Shown here: positions 15,590 to 31,710 of the stretch, piece after piece | How the letters are laid out: every line of letters begins with the position of its first letter | Numbering within the stretch: position 1 is the first letter of the stretch | DNA from: the human T2T-CHM13v2.0 reference genome, Homo sapiens | Assembly (NCBI RefSeq): GCF_009914755.1 | Contig: NC_060937.1 | Direction: 5' to 3' (one strand) | DNA: 64,000 nt | Program-made: the position numbers and the translations under genes | Notes under the pieces: generated by a model | Seen by the model: the letters and a program-made list of their open reading frames with translations, nothing else | Database searches by the model: none | Told to the model about the DNA's origin: nothing

Positions 15590-16150
15590 TTCTGACCCAC
15601 ATCAAGAATGCCTTTTAAAATTCACTGGGTACTACCATTGAACTACCATTTACTTGAAGAAAGGCAGGTTCATACCTGTCAGACTCCCTTCTCAAATTTA
15701 GGTAACATGAGTTGCGGTATGTGAGCATGTAAAGGACCACCTGGCATCCCCAGCCCTCCAGGTGAAACCAGCCAGCTATGGAACATCTCCCATTTTCTCT
15801 CACTCTCTGGCCAGAGTGTTTTCTGCTCATGACAGCAGAGTCTGTTCCAATTTGGCCCACTAAAGATGTAGCCACTTGCCTAGCTTATCCTCACATGTTT
15901 CCCTGTGAGAAACATGGTATCTACAGCTCTAGCTTAGAATGAGCTGCTAACAGGAGGAAAAGGCAGACCAGTGGAGAATATTGCTTGCAACAAATATGCA
16001 AGCCATGTATTTTGTTCTTGTAGGGCTGCCACACCCATGACATAAGGGAAGCCCCAGGATAAATAGGAAACAGGTGCACGGACAGAACCAGGTATTCCTT
16101 GCATCAGACCCCATACTTTACTCTATAGAGGTGAATTGAACCTCTATTTT
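15590..16150. other. Locally GC-richer block, probably a decayed LTR or other ancient repeat
   Basis: Composition shift against very AT-rich flanks; no family recognised. Confidence 0.25.
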
Positions 16151-18383
16151 GTGGGAAGAGTTAGTTAAAATCTATTTAAATAAATAGATGAAATAAATAA
16201 TTTTATCTGAAAATTAATGTTTAATCCACATATTTCATGTATAAATCTATAGCAGTTGGCTTATTTTTCAGATGACATAGTTACTCATATATCTTCTCTT
16301 TTATTCTTAATAAATTTAGGCAGAATTTTGAAACTGATAGTGTTTACATAAAGCACACTGAGTTTATTAATACACCCTACAGTATTTGATTTAGAGTCCA
16401 TTAAGTCCACTTGTTATTTATTTTGTTGTATTTATATGGTTTTATTCTTGTCTTTTTCTTTAATGACTACAGTTTATTAATTTTTCTGATGAACTTATTT
16501 AAATCTGTATACTTCTGTCTTTGCATTGTACCACATTTTGATTATCCAAATTATTCAGTTCATCGTATCATTCCCTCCTATTTTCTGTTTTTATTCTTGG
16601 TATTTTTAATGTTTTATTATTAAATTAATATTTATAGGACACAAATACTTAAATGATAGCAAAGTATTAATTATATTTTAATTTTTGCCAATTTAAAAAT
16701 TTTAAGCTGGTTACATAATTATCATAATTATCAATATAGTACATTAGAGTTATAAACTCTTCATGTCCCTTGTTTAGCTTTAATGATACTTCTTTTTAGT
16801 CCAGTACATGATAGAGTTTAGTATGACATCTATGTTTGTTCAAAATAGAAGTTACATTCTTCCAATTTTGCCTGAAAAGTTTTGTAAGTAGATTGAGCTT
16901 ACTAATAATTTGTCAATATATTGTTAATAATTCTGCTACAACAAGAAATGTAGGAATATCTATTTCTTTTTTCTATAATTGCAGAATGACCTTCTGTATA
17001 TCCATTTTTATTTCATATATTTTAAAATTGTATTATTAGTTAATATCAGTTATCAATTTATACCTTCTAAAGTTTGGTCATTTGAAAATTTTGAATTATT
17101 TTACTTTCTTGCTTTTGATGTACATGTGCTCTTACAATTTATTTTGATTAGTATGTATTTCCCTTCTCTTTAGCTTTAGTTGGTTGGTTTCCTTTGTTGA
17201 TATTTCAGATTTTGGTCAAAAAAATGCTGACTTTCATTTTCAGGAATATGTTGCGTTATATTAGATTAATTTGAAGTACATGTATTTTAACGTGTGCAGT
17301 GTTAAGGAAATTGTGAAAGGACAGAGAAAAATAGCAACTCTGTATTATGTAAGGCAAGAGAACACGAAAGCTGATATATTCGCTATATGACTTTGTCCAG
17401 CCCTTGTAGCCTAGTGATTGCATTTTTATGAGAAGAATACATGCAAAAGAAAAGGCCTATTTTGTGGTTTAAGTGAGATAAAATCCCAAGGACAATGCTG
17501 TTATTAACTGAAGAAATTAAAAGATTGGAGATAATTGACTATTTCAGCCTTAGATCTGATTAAGCATGAATACAATACAATACAATAAAGCTACTGTAAT
17601 AGCTTTAATACTATAATAATATCAGAAAAAACTAGACTATAAGACGAAGTATGAGAAATAAAGGTGGACATTTTATAATTATAAAGTATAAATTATGTAT
17701 ATAATTATAAAATGTTTTCATTATTCAGGAAAAAGTAATCTCAAATTTGTTTGCAGCTGATATCATAGGTCCAAATGTAAAATTAGGAAAAAATAAAAGG
17801 GAAAATAAAAAAATCTATAAACATAATGCAGGATTTTAAGACCTACTTATCAGCAGATAGAAGAAAAAATATTTATTTTTAAGTGTATAGAAGATTCAAA
17901 CAACAATACTGACGCAATGGATGCAATTGAGTTATATAGAAGGTACCAACAAATACCAAATATTTATTCTATTTTAGTTTATTCTTAAATTTTTTAAAAT
18001 TTGTTCATATAATAGGCCATATGGCAAATCTAAAAAAATTCAAAAGATTGAAAGTATGTAGAGTATGCTCTTTGACCACAATAAAGTCAATTTAAAATTA
18101 ATAAAATTAGATTTGTTTCACAAAACCTCACTGCTAAATGAATAAATGACATTAGGAATTAGAAAATGACTTGCAATGACATATTGAACTTTATGGCAAT
18201 AAAATAATGCATATTAATAATACATATATGTAGACATTGATCAAGCAAATGTGAAGATACAGATAATTATATGTAAAATCTTTAAAAACATATTTTAGAA
18301 GTCACTGCAGAAGACCTAAAGTAATTAATATTAGGAACAGAAAATGTGCTACAACTATATAAAGGATGCAGACATAAAACATA

Positions 18384-18711
18384 TAGAAGTCCCTTTTTAT
18401 CTAGGGTTTTGCTTTCCCTGGTTTCAGTTACCAAGGGTCAATTGTCATCCAAAAATGTTACATACAATAAAATATTTTGGGAGAGAGAAGGTACATTCAC
18501 ATAACTTTATTACTATATGTTTTATAATTGTTTTATTTTATTATGAGTTGTTAATCTCTTCCTGTGTCCAGTCCCCCATAAATGAAACATTAACATAGGT
18601 ATGCATGTATAGGAAAAAAACATAGTGTATATAGGGTTTGCTATTATCTGAGGTTTTAGGCATCTACTGGAGGTCTTGGAACATATATCTCATGAATAAA
18701 GGGGGCTACTC
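18384..18711 (+). mobile_element. MER44A (TcMar-Tigger MITE)
   Basis: Termini TAGAAGTCCCTTTTTATC and GAATAAAGGGGGCTACTC are degenerate TIRs with TA on both sides; internal CACATAACTTTATTAC...ATGTATAGGAAAAAA. Confidence 0.88.
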
Positions 18712-18749
18712 TAATAAAAAGACTTTAGGAACATATATGGGTTGACCAA

Positions 18750-20765
18750 CCTGGCCAGGGTAATCAGGCAAAAGAAAGAAATAAGGGGTATTCAAATAGG
18801 AAGAGAGGAAGTCAAATTGTCCCTGTTTGCAGATGACATGATTATATATTTAGAGGACCCCATCATCTCAGCCCAAAATCTACATAAGCTGATAAGGAAC
18901 TTCAGCAAAGTCTCATGATTCAAAATCAATGTGCAAAAATCACAAGCATTCCTATACACCAATAATAGACAGAGGGACAAATCATGAGTGAACTCCCATT
19001 CCAAATGGTTACAAAGGGAATAAAATATGTAGGAATAAAACTTACAAGGGATGTGAAGGACCTCTTCAAGGAGAACTACAAACCACCGCTCGAGGAAATA
19101 AGAGAGGACACAAACAAATGGAAAAATATTCCATGCTCCTGAATAGGAAGAATGAATATTGTGAAAATGGCCATACTGCCCAAATTAATTTATAGATTCA
19201 ATGCTATCCCTATCAAGCTGCAATTGACTTTATTAACATAATGAGAAAAAACTATTTTAAATTTCATATGGAACCAAAAAAGAGCCCACATAGCCAAGAC
19301 AATCCTAAGCAAAAAGAACAAAGCTGGAGGCATCACGCTACCTGACTTCAAACACTACTACAAGGCTACAGTAACCAAAACAGCATGGTATTGGTACCAA
19401 AACAAATACATAGGCCAATGGAACAGAACAGAGGCCTCAGAAATAACACCACACATCTACAACCATCAGATCTTTTACAAATCTGACAAAAACGAGCAAT
19501 GGGGAAATGATTCCCTATTTAATAAATGGTGTAGAGAAAACTGGCTAGCCATATGCAGAAAACTGAAACAGGACCACTTCCTTACACCTTATACAAAAAT
19601 TAACTCAAGATGGATTAAAGACTTAAACATAAGACCAAAAACCATAAAAACTCTAGAAGAAAAAACAGGCAATACCACTCAGGACACACACATGGCCAAA
19701 GACTTCATGACTAAAACACCAAAAGCAATGGCAACAAAAGCCAAAATTGACAAATGGGATCTAATTAAACTAAAGAGCCTTCTACATAGCAAAAGAAACT
19801 ATCATCAGCGTGAACAGGCAACCTACAGAGGGGGAGAAAATTTTTGCAATCTATCCATTTGTCAATGGGCTAATAACCAGAATCTACAAATAACTTAAAC
19901 AAATTTAAAAGATAAAAACAAACAACCCCATCAAAAATGGGGCAAAGGGTATGAACAGACACTTCTCAAAAGAAGACATTTATGCAGCCAACAAACATAT
20001 GAAGAAAAGCTCATCATCACTGGTAATTAGAGAAATGCAAATCAAAACCACAATGAGGTACCATCTCACACCAGTTAGAATGGCGATCATTAAAAAGTCA
20101 GGAAACAACAGATGCTGGAGAGGATGTGGAGAAATAGGAACGCTTTTACATTGTTAGTGGGAGTGTAAATTATTGAACCATTGTAGAAGACAGTGTGGTG
20201 ATTCCTCAAGGATCTAGAACCAGAAATACCATTTGACCCAGCAATCCCATTACTGGTTATATACCCAAAGGATTAGAAATCATTCTACTATAAAGACACA
20301 TGCACACATATGTTTATTGCGGCACTGTTCACAATAGCAAAGAATTGGAACCAACCCAAATGCCCATCAGTGATAGACTGGATAAAGAAAAATGTGGCAC
20401 ATGTGCACAATGGAATACGATACAGCCATAAAAATGATGAGTTCATGTGCTTTGCAGGGAAGTGGATGAAGCTGGAAACCATCACTCTCAGCAAACTAAC
20501 ACAGGAACAGAAAAGCAAACACCTCATGTTCTCATTCATAAGTGGGAGTTGAACAATGAGAACACGTGGAAACAGGGAGGGGAACATCATACACTGGGGC
20601 CTCTTGGGGGATGGGAGGTTAGGCAAGGGATAGCATTAGGAGAAATACTTAATGTAGATGATGGGTTGATGGGTGCAGCAAGCCACCATGGCACGTGTAT
20701 ACATATGTAACAAAACTGCATGTTCCACACGTGTATTTCAGAACTTAAAGTATAATAAAAAATTA
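18750..20765 (+). mobile_element. 5'-truncated L1PA7-like LINE (ORF2 RT/C-terminus and 3' UTR; ORF disrupted)
   Basis: Translates to LFADDM and [21 protein letters not shown]; 3' UTR GGATAGCATTAGGAGAAATACTTAATGTAGATG...GAACTTAAAGTATAATAAAA. Confidence 0.93.
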
Positions 20766-21418
20766 AACAATTTTTAAACACAATAGATAGCTCCTATTAA
20801 GATACAACATGCTAAAACTGACACAGAATAAAATAGAATCTTAGAAATACTGAAGAAACTGTATCTATAGATAGAAACATTCCCACAGCACAGAGTAGAG
20901 GACCACTACAAATAAACAAACAAAAAGCTGAGACCAGATGGCTATGATGGTGAATTTTCCCTAAACCTTACAATTCCCTAACCTTTAAAAAAAATTTTAT
21001 ACAAATATTGTAAATAATAGAATAAGGAAGAAAATGTTCCACCTGTTTCAAAAAGAAGTCTAACATAATCTATCACTGGGCACAAATATTATGAGAATGA
21101 AAGCTGCTACCAGTTAATCTTACTAATGAACTAAATGCAAAGTTTATTTCTTAAATTAGCCAAAAAAATTACAAGGAAATTGAAGCACAACCAAGTTGAG
21201 TCATTCTAGAAATGAAAAATTTGATTTATCACATAAAATTCAGTGTAATCTACCATATTTTTAAAAAATGGATAAAATTACATGATTATTTTAGTAAGTG
21301 AAGAAAATTATTTGATAAAATTCAATATAAAATTTTAGTAAATTATAAAAAGAAAAAAGTTTTTCCTTCTGATAAAGATAATCTTCAAAAAAATTATATG
21401 TATTATATGTATATACAA

Positions 21419-21422
<4 letters not shown>

Positions 21423-21458
<36 letters not shown>
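21423..21458. repeat. (CA)18 microsatellite
   Basis: Perfect dinucleotide run. Confidence 0.97.
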
Positions 21459-21459
<1 letters not shown>

Positions 21460-21856
21460 CTACAGCAAACATCATACCTAATAGTGAACGTCTTTTCTGA
21501 GCTGAGGGAAGCATTATGATTAACAATTTCTATTCAAAATTCTAGCAGAATCCTGTCAAATGCCAAGAGCAAGGAAAATATGTAAATAAAGAAGAAATTC
21601 TACCCACATTTACAGGCAATCTGATAATATATGTAGAAAAGAATATACAGAAAATTTATTGGAATTGCTAACTAAAATTTGTAAATTGGCTAGAACAAAT
21701 TATTTATTTTCAATTATATTTTATATCTCCCTCACAAAACAAAGATTAGATTTTGAAAAATGACCACTTACGTTATAATCAGATAATCAAAAATACCTTA
21801 AATTAATTGGTAAATTTACCTGTGAGATCCTAACATTGAAAATCATAAAATGTTTG

Positions 21857-23857
21857 GAGAGTTTCAGGATACAAAATTAACATACAAAAATCAATAGCAT
21901 TTCTATACACTAACAACAAATTAGGTGAAAAATAAATTATGAACGGAATTCTATTTATAATAGCTACAAAAAAATTACCTAGGATTAGGAATAAATTTAA
22001 CCAAGGAGGTTAAAGACCTGTACAAGTAAAAGAAGGAAATGCTGATGATAGAAACAGGAGGATACAAACAAATGAAAAGACAGCTCATACTCATGGATAA
22101 GAAGTAATATTGTCATAATACTACAGTACTGTACAAAACAATCTACACATTCAACACAATCACTATCAAAATACCAATGCCATTCTTCACATCAATCGAA
22201 AACAAATTCTAAAATTTATATGGAACTGTAAAAGACCTCAAATAGCTTTATTGCTCAGGAAAGCAATTCTGAGAAATAAGAACAGAACTGGAGATATCAC
22301 ACTGCCAGACCTGATAATATACTACAAGTCTACAGTAACCAATACAGCATGATACTGGCAATAACAGGAGACAAATAGACCAATGGAACAAAATAGAGAA
22401 CCTAGAAATTAATCCACATATCTACAGATAATTTTTCACAAAAGTGTCATAAACACTCATTAGGAAAAGGACAATCTCTTTAGTAAATGGGGCTTGGAAA
22501 CTGGATATCCATGAGCAGAATAAGGGAAGTAGGCCCCCACCTCTCATTCTGTTAAAAAACAAAAACAAAAACAAAAAAAAAACTCAAAGTGAATCAAAGA
22601 CCTAAAAATGTACGATATAAAGTAATAAAACTGCTAGAAGAAAAGATAGAAGAAATGCTTCAGGATATTGGCCTGGGAAAAGATTTTATAAATAAAACCT
22701 CAAAAGCACAGGCAACATAAGCAAAAATAAAAAAAGGTGATTATACTAAAATGAAAATCTTCTGCACAGCAAAGAAAACTCAACAACAGAGTCAAAAGAC
22801 AGCCTACAGAATGGAAGGATATATTTGCAAACTACTCAACCAACAGTGGATCAACGTCCAGAATATATAAGAAATTCAAACATATCAACAGAAAAAATCA
22901 TGATGATAAAAAGCAAATGATCTGAAAAGACATTTCTCAAAAGAAGTAATATTTTTTTCTTAAAAAATGTTCATCACCATTAATTATCAGGAAAATATAA
23001 ATCAAAACCACAATGAGATATCATCTTACCACAGTTAGAATGGTTATCCTCAAATACCCCCCCACACACACCCACACACACACACTGCTAGTGAAAATGC
23101 AAAGAAAACTCTACTGTTGGTGGGAATGTAAACTAGTAGAACCACTATGGAGAACAGTATGGAGGTTTCTCAAAAAACTACAAACAGAGCTATCCATGTG
23201 ATCCAGCAATGTCACTACTGGAAATTTATCCAAAGAAATGGAAATTATTATATCAAAGACACATCTGCACTCCCATGTTTACTGCAGCACTATTTACAAT
23301 TGTAAAGATATGGAATCAACCTAGATGAATTGATTAAAAATGTGGTACATATACACAATGGAGTACTATTTAGCCTTAAAAATAGTACATATCTGTCATT
23401 TGCGGCAAACATGGATGGAACTGGAGGACATTATGTTAGGCAAAATAAGAAACAGTAAATTAAACATCACATTTTCTCACACCTATGTAGAAGCTAAAAG
23501 TATTTATCTAAGAGAAGTAAACAGTAAAACAGAGGATACCAGAGGCTGGGAAGAATAGAGGGAAGGAAAGGAGAGGGAGAGATTTGTTTAGGGAAACAAA
23601 ATTACAGCTAGATAGGAGGAATAAGTTCTAGTGCTCTAATCACTGTAAGATGACTAAGTTAACAGTAATATACAACTTCGAGTAGCTAGAAAGAGGATGT
23701 TGAGCATTGCTAACACAGATAATAAATGATAAATATTTGAGATAAGGGATATGCCAATTAACCTGATCTGATCACTATATGTTGTATGTATTGAAACACC
23801 ACTATGTACTCCATGAATATGTACAATTATTGTTTGTCAATTTAAAACAATTTTAAA
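21857..23857 (+). mobile_element. 5'-truncated L1MA4/5-like LINE
   Basis: GTTTCAGGATACAAAATTAAC (ORF2) through the 3' UTR AAAATTACAGCTAGATAGGAGGAATAAGTTCTAG...ATGTACAATTATTGTTTGTCAATTT. Confidence 0.88.
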
Positions 23858-25189
23858 GAGAGAGATTATAAGAAATGGAGGAAAAGATTGTATACACAAA
23901 TTGAATACTTTGGTACCATAAAGATTTTAATTCTTTGGCGTATAGATTCAAAGTAATTTTAACAATACTCTATCATGTAGTATGGGGTAAGTGTATGTGT
24001 GTTTGTGTGTGTGTGTGTAAATTATCAACCTGGTTCTTAATAAAATTACATGTAAAACAATAGGTAACAAACATTGCCATGATATTTGATGTTTAAGATC
24101 ATAACGAAAGGAACTACTCTGTCAAATATCACAATTTCTTATAAAACAACAAAAGTAAGATGATAGCAAGATACTGGACAGAAAAACAGACTGGGCAATA
24201 GATTAGGACATAAGGTCTAGAATTACACCTACGAAGATAAAGGCATTTCACATAACACAGAGGTTATACTCCAGACTACGGAAAAATCAACAGTTTTAAT
24301 AAATGATTTGTAATCAACTAAACATTCATAAAATAGAAAAACATAAATTTTTACCAAAACATACCTAACCTCAAACTGAAACATTTAATAAATTATTTTG
24401 CATACATTAACACTGATAATTTCAAAACAGTTTATAGAGAGAGTAAAAAAACTCCACAATGAGAGAAATTATATTTGTCTCATATACGACAGATAAAGGT
24501 GTTGTATCGAAAGCATCTAGTGAATTCTGGTATGTATAGTTAAGTCAATAAGACAGTAGCATAAATGACATATATAAGCATACCAATTTAAAATGTAAAA
24601 TAATTGATTAGGCAAGTCACAAAAGGGGATAGGTATGTAAATGTGTGGCCAAACCCTTTAGTTATCAAAATTTTAATTTAAATGCCTAATACAAATTGAA
24701 ATCAAATGTTGAGGAACATTTTCAGCAAAAGGAAATCTTAAACAATGGTATTGGGAAAACAATCAGGAGCAACTATTTTGGAAGGCCATTTGCAATTACT
24801 TCTACTTCAGGTACAAAGATGAAATAAGGACATTTGCAGACATTGAAAAGCTGAATAAATATATCACAGACAAAACTGAAGTGCAAGAAGTGTTTAAAAA
24901 TATTATATAGGCACCAAAGAAATCTGGATCTACACAAAGACATAAAGACCATGACAGATGGTAAATCTATCAGTATGTATAAAATTCCTTTTAAAAATAA
25001 CATAATTAAATGTAATTTAATATTTAATGCAAAAATAATAAAATATAGTGTGAGGTTTTTAACTAATAAAGAAGTAAAATATAACAAAATACCATTAAGA
25101 CTGAGAGAGGAGAAATGAAAGTATAATATGATTTTACTTGAAGGATAATGTAATAAATGAAAGATATACAACATAAACTCTAAAGGAAC

Positions 25190-25744
25190 TGTTATCGTTT
25201 TCTTACTCCTTAGTTCATCTCGTCTGAGTTCTTGTCCCATGACCAAGAAGAATAACGCATGCAAACATTGGAGAGTGAGTAAGGCAGAGTAGGATTTATT
25301 TAGTGACAGAAAAGCTCTCTGTAGTGAGAGGGGACCCAAAGAAGATTGCCAGAAATGGGGCTGAGTTCTGGGTCTTTTATGTGGCAGAGGCAAGGAAGAC
25401 TTCTGTGGGTTCCACCCAAATGGGAGGGGTAAATTTCCCTGCTGGGGGTGTTGCATCTGTGCATGCCTGGGATTGGCCATAGCTACTACATCTTACCTAT
25501 TACTCATGAGTGGCTAAGCAAATCCCACCAGGGAGGCCAAAACCACAATACTAATAATATTACAATTAGCTCTGGATCAAGGTTAATTTATTGTACTTGG
25601 GTATAAGTTGAGACGGTCCCTTCTGAGTAAACATCCTGGCATAAGAGGATGTCCTTAACTGTATTTCTTCCCCCTAGCTACAGGGTGTTACAGGTGTGGT
25701 CCCTCTCTATCTGCCAAGCTGGCCTCTAACTGCCTTCTCTCCTA
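25190..25744 (-). mobile_element. ERV1-class solo LTR
   Basis: 4-bp TSD GAAC (25186-25189, 25745-25748). The minus strand has CATAAAA, AATAAA and a TTCTTCTTGGTCATGGGACAAGAACTC...AACA end, typical of HUERS/MER4-group LTRs. Confidence 0.85.
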
Positions 25745-27159
25745 GAACCACTAAGACCAAATAAACAAACAACATATCAAATAAACCAACAAATAACAAA
25801 ATTTTGGAAAATCCTCAATTAATTCAAAATAAGCCAAAAATGAGTAAAAGTAACAGAACAAAAAGAAAATAAATAACAAAGTATTGGATTTAATACCAAC
25901 TATGTTGACATTTATATTGGATGTAAATTATGTAAACAATTCAATTATGAAGTTGAGATGGTAAAATTTCAAGTAAAAATAAGTCATATATGCTGCCTAA
26001 AGAAATTAATTGATCATTAAAGTAGAGATAAATTAGAAATTAAAAATGGAAGACAAACTAGGTTAATACCAAATAACTAGAGCAACTATATTAATATTAG
26101 ACCAATACATCCCAAAAAATATATTATTAGAAATAGAAGATAATTTAATAATGATAAAGTGGTAAATTTATCAAGGGCATAACAATTCTAAACATTTTTG
26201 CCTCTAATAACTTAGTTTTATAGTTTTTTGCATTTAATAACTTAGTTTTACAGTTTTTAAAACATAAATTGGTTTTTAAAAAGGCAAAAATAGATAAGTC
26301 AGCAATTAAAGTAAAATATTTCTACATTTCTCAATAATCAATTTAATAAGTAGAAAGACAATAAGGATATAGAAGACAAGTAACACTATTGAAAAATGTG
26401 TCCTAAATAGAATTTATAGTACCCTGCACCACATAACAGCACAATATACATTCTATTCGAGTATATTTATAGCATTTATTAAAACAGGTCATGTCCTTGA
26501 ACATAAAAAAGCCAATAAACTAAAAGTAATTAAAGAATACAAGGTATGCTATTTGACCACAATGAAATTAAATAACAAATTAATAGTAGAAACTTCCTCA
26601 CAAACTTTTAACATATTTAACACTTAAAAGAAAAAAAAAACACTTATAGAAAGTATTTGTCAAAAAAAGGGGTCATAAGAAAATATTTGGAACAGTACAA
26701 AAATCTCAAAATCTGTGGGATTCAGCTGAAGTTGTGCTGAAAAGAAATTTATGAGACTTAACACCAGTATTAGAAAAGAAAAAAAGTCTAAATTCAATGT
26801 CTTAAATTTTCACATTATTTTTTAAGTAAACCCAAATTTAAGGAGAAACACAGATAAAAGCAGAAACAACTAAAATAGAAGACATTAAAAAACACCAAAA
26901 TCTGTATCTTTGAGATGAACATAATTGTTTAATTTCTAGTACACTGATTAGAAAAAAAGCCAGATACAAATTACTATTATCACAAATGAGAGAAAGAACA
27001 CCACTAGCTATCATACAGACATTAAAAAGAAAGTAAGTTGATATTATGTATACTTCTTTCCAAAAATTTGACAACTAACATGAAATGAGTAATTTTTTTT
27101 AGCAGAACAAGACTCTCATAGCTTTTTCAAGAAAAAAAAAAATAGATAACCAGAATGTA

Positions 27160-28664
<1,505 letters not shown>

Positions 28665-29853
28665 TACTACTAGATCTGCTAAAGAAAGTATGTAGTTAAA
28701 ATTTCTAGCAGGAAAATCTCAAACTGAGATAGTTTCACGGGTGAAATCTGAGAAACACTTAGAAAAGAAAATCTGCAAATTCTATGCAAACATTTTCAGA
28801 AAATTGAAGAAGTTTGGATACTTCCCAAATTATTATTTGAAACCAGCATTACCATGATATTACAACCTCTGTAAAGTCATACAAAATAGTAAAATAATGT
28901 ATCCAAATAGTGCATCAAGACACGTAAGAATTAACCTGGAGTGAAAAGCTGGTTTAACATTTGAAAATCAAATAAAGTGATTCACAATGTTAACAGAAAA
29001 AAAAATAATAATCTCAATAAATGCAATTTATGTGACAAAATCTTACATAAAATTATATTGAAAACTCTTAACACACCAAATAGAAGAAAACTTTTGAACC
29101 AGAGAGAGCACCTCAAGAGAATGTAAAACTAATAAAGTATTTTATATGAAAATGAAATGTTTTACCTTAGGATCAGGAAGAAAACAGGAACATCTGCTCT
29201 TACTACTTGTATTCAAAATCTAACTTTAGGTATTAGTCAAAGCAGTGAGTCAAGAAAAATACCTTTTAAAAAAATTTTGTTTAGAAGGAAAAAGTAAGCC
29301 TATGTTTATTCACAAAAAAATTATTATCTCTGTAGAAAATCTTAAACTTCCTACAAAAATTTGTTATAAAATCTAATAAGTGACTATAATAATGTTGCAT
29401 GACATATGTACGATCAATATAAATAAAATGATTGTATTACTAAGTAGAAATAAAATCTCCATGCACTGAAATAAAAAAGCCTTTTAATAAAAATGTAAAG
29501 TATTTAATATGCAGAAATATATTTATAAAAGATGTGGGTAATTGGAAAATAAAAATTATAAAATATTACTCAGAAAATAAACTCAATTGGTAGATATAAC
29601 ATGTTTATGAATTAAAATGTGTTTTATGGTTAAGATACCAATACTCCACTGATTGTTCACTATACTGAATTCGCATAATAGTTCTCAAGGCTTCCATGAA
29701 AAAGTTTTCAAGAATTATAAAATTTATAATTAAATAAATTACAACATTTATAATTATATAAATTATAAAATTTACATGCAAATGCAAAGAATCTAGAAAA
29801 AAATGAAAAATAAGAACAAAAAACAAGGACTTATACTGCCTGACATACTATAC

Positions 29854-30148
29854 CTTTTTTTTTTTTTTGAGACTGAGTCTCACTCTTTGGCCCAGGCCGG
29901 ACTGCAGTGGCGCTATCTCTGCTCACTGCAAGCTCCGCCTCCCGGGTTCACACCATTCTCCTGCCTCAGCCTCCTGAGTAGCTGGGACTACAGGCGCCTG
30001 CCACTGCACCCGGCTAATTTTTGTATTTTTAGTAGAGACGGGGTTTCACCGTGTTAGCCAAGATGGTCTCGATCTCCTGACATCGTCATCCGCCCGCCTC
30101 AGCCTCCCAAAGGGCTGGGATTACAGGCGTGAGCCACCGCGCCCGGCC
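29854..30148 (-). mobile_element. AluY-lineage element
   Basis: CpG-rich; AluY diagnostics GCAAGCTCCGCC and GTGTTAGCCA; TSD GACATACTATAC (29842-29853, 30149-30160). Confidence 0.96.
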
Positions 30149-30389
30149 GACATACTATACATTTACACGAATCAAACAGTTCAGTATTGACAGGAAGATA
30201 AGCAAATGAACACAATGTAAAAGAAGAGTTCAGAAATAGATACACGTGTATATATGGTCAATTGATTTCTGACAAAAGTGTCAAAGCAATTTATTGGGGA
30301 AAAGATGGTCTTGTTAACAAATGACATTAAAACATGCAAAATAATATTGACTCAAATTATGCACTATATAAAAATAGAATGTCAAAATT

Positions 30390-30711
<322 letters not shown>

Positions 30712-30770
30712 TCAGTGACCATGGGTTTGGCAATGATTTCTTAAACACAATGCAAATAGTATAAATAATA

Positions 30771-31042
<272 letters not shown>

Positions 31043-31364
31043 ATAAATAATAGAAAGAAATGTAAATTGTATTTTATCAAAACAGTAAAAATTAAAAATA
31101 AACTTTTGCTTTTCAAAGTTAAAAAAAACAAATTAAACATCACGTTTATTTGTAAAACATGTATCTCACAAAGGACTTCTACCTAAAATACATAAAAACC
31201 TCTTCCAATGAATAATAAAATAACCTCATACATAGTGTGCAAAATATTTAAACAGAATCTTCCCAAAATACCATATACAAATGGCAAAGAACTACATAAA
31301 ATATTGCTCAAAATCATTAGTGATTTGAGAAATGAAGAACTGAACTAGATTGCCATACTACTAG

Positions 31365-31710
31365 TCTATTAATCATATATTTTCTGTATTTTATAATACT
31401 TTGATACTGTAGTCTTGTGGAGCAGAGGAGAACATTCCCCTGCCAAGGTTACCTGATTCCTAGAAATAGCAAACAGCTTCCCTGTGATCATACCTTTGAT
31501 ATACGAGCCAACCAATCCCAAATCTATAATCACATCTGCCTCCCTTTATCAAGCTTCTGCCATCTGCCATCTGGAATACTATCCTCCTTCCTTAAAGCAC
31601 CCAGAGGCCAGAGCCAGGTGCTGGACAACTACAGACCACCGCTATACCCCTATCCAAGCCACATACATTTAGATCACCCATCCTTTCATAGAAACCAGAA
31701 TAATGCTTTT
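31365..31710 (+). mobile_element. MER74-like (ERVL) LTR, partial
   Basis: TCTATTAATCAT...TTTTCTGTATT...ATTCCTAGAAATAGCAAACA...CCAACCAATCC matches the recalled MER74/MER54 group. Confidence 0.65.

Larger units (their letters stand above)
17400..24790 (+). mobile_element. Ancient L1M ORF2 remnant (endonuclease to C-terminus) hosting MER44A, L1PA7 and L1MA insertions
   Basis: Colinear degenerate ORF2 motifs (GATATAGAAGATT, CTCTTTGACCACAAT, GGTGAATTTTCCC, TTTGATAAAATTCAA, TATAGATTCAA) resume after each insertion. Confidence 0.7.

Noticed and set aside
24773-25480. 235-aa ORF
   Set aside because: It runs from an LTR into antisense AT-rich L1, with biased F/L/I composition; a chance open frame.
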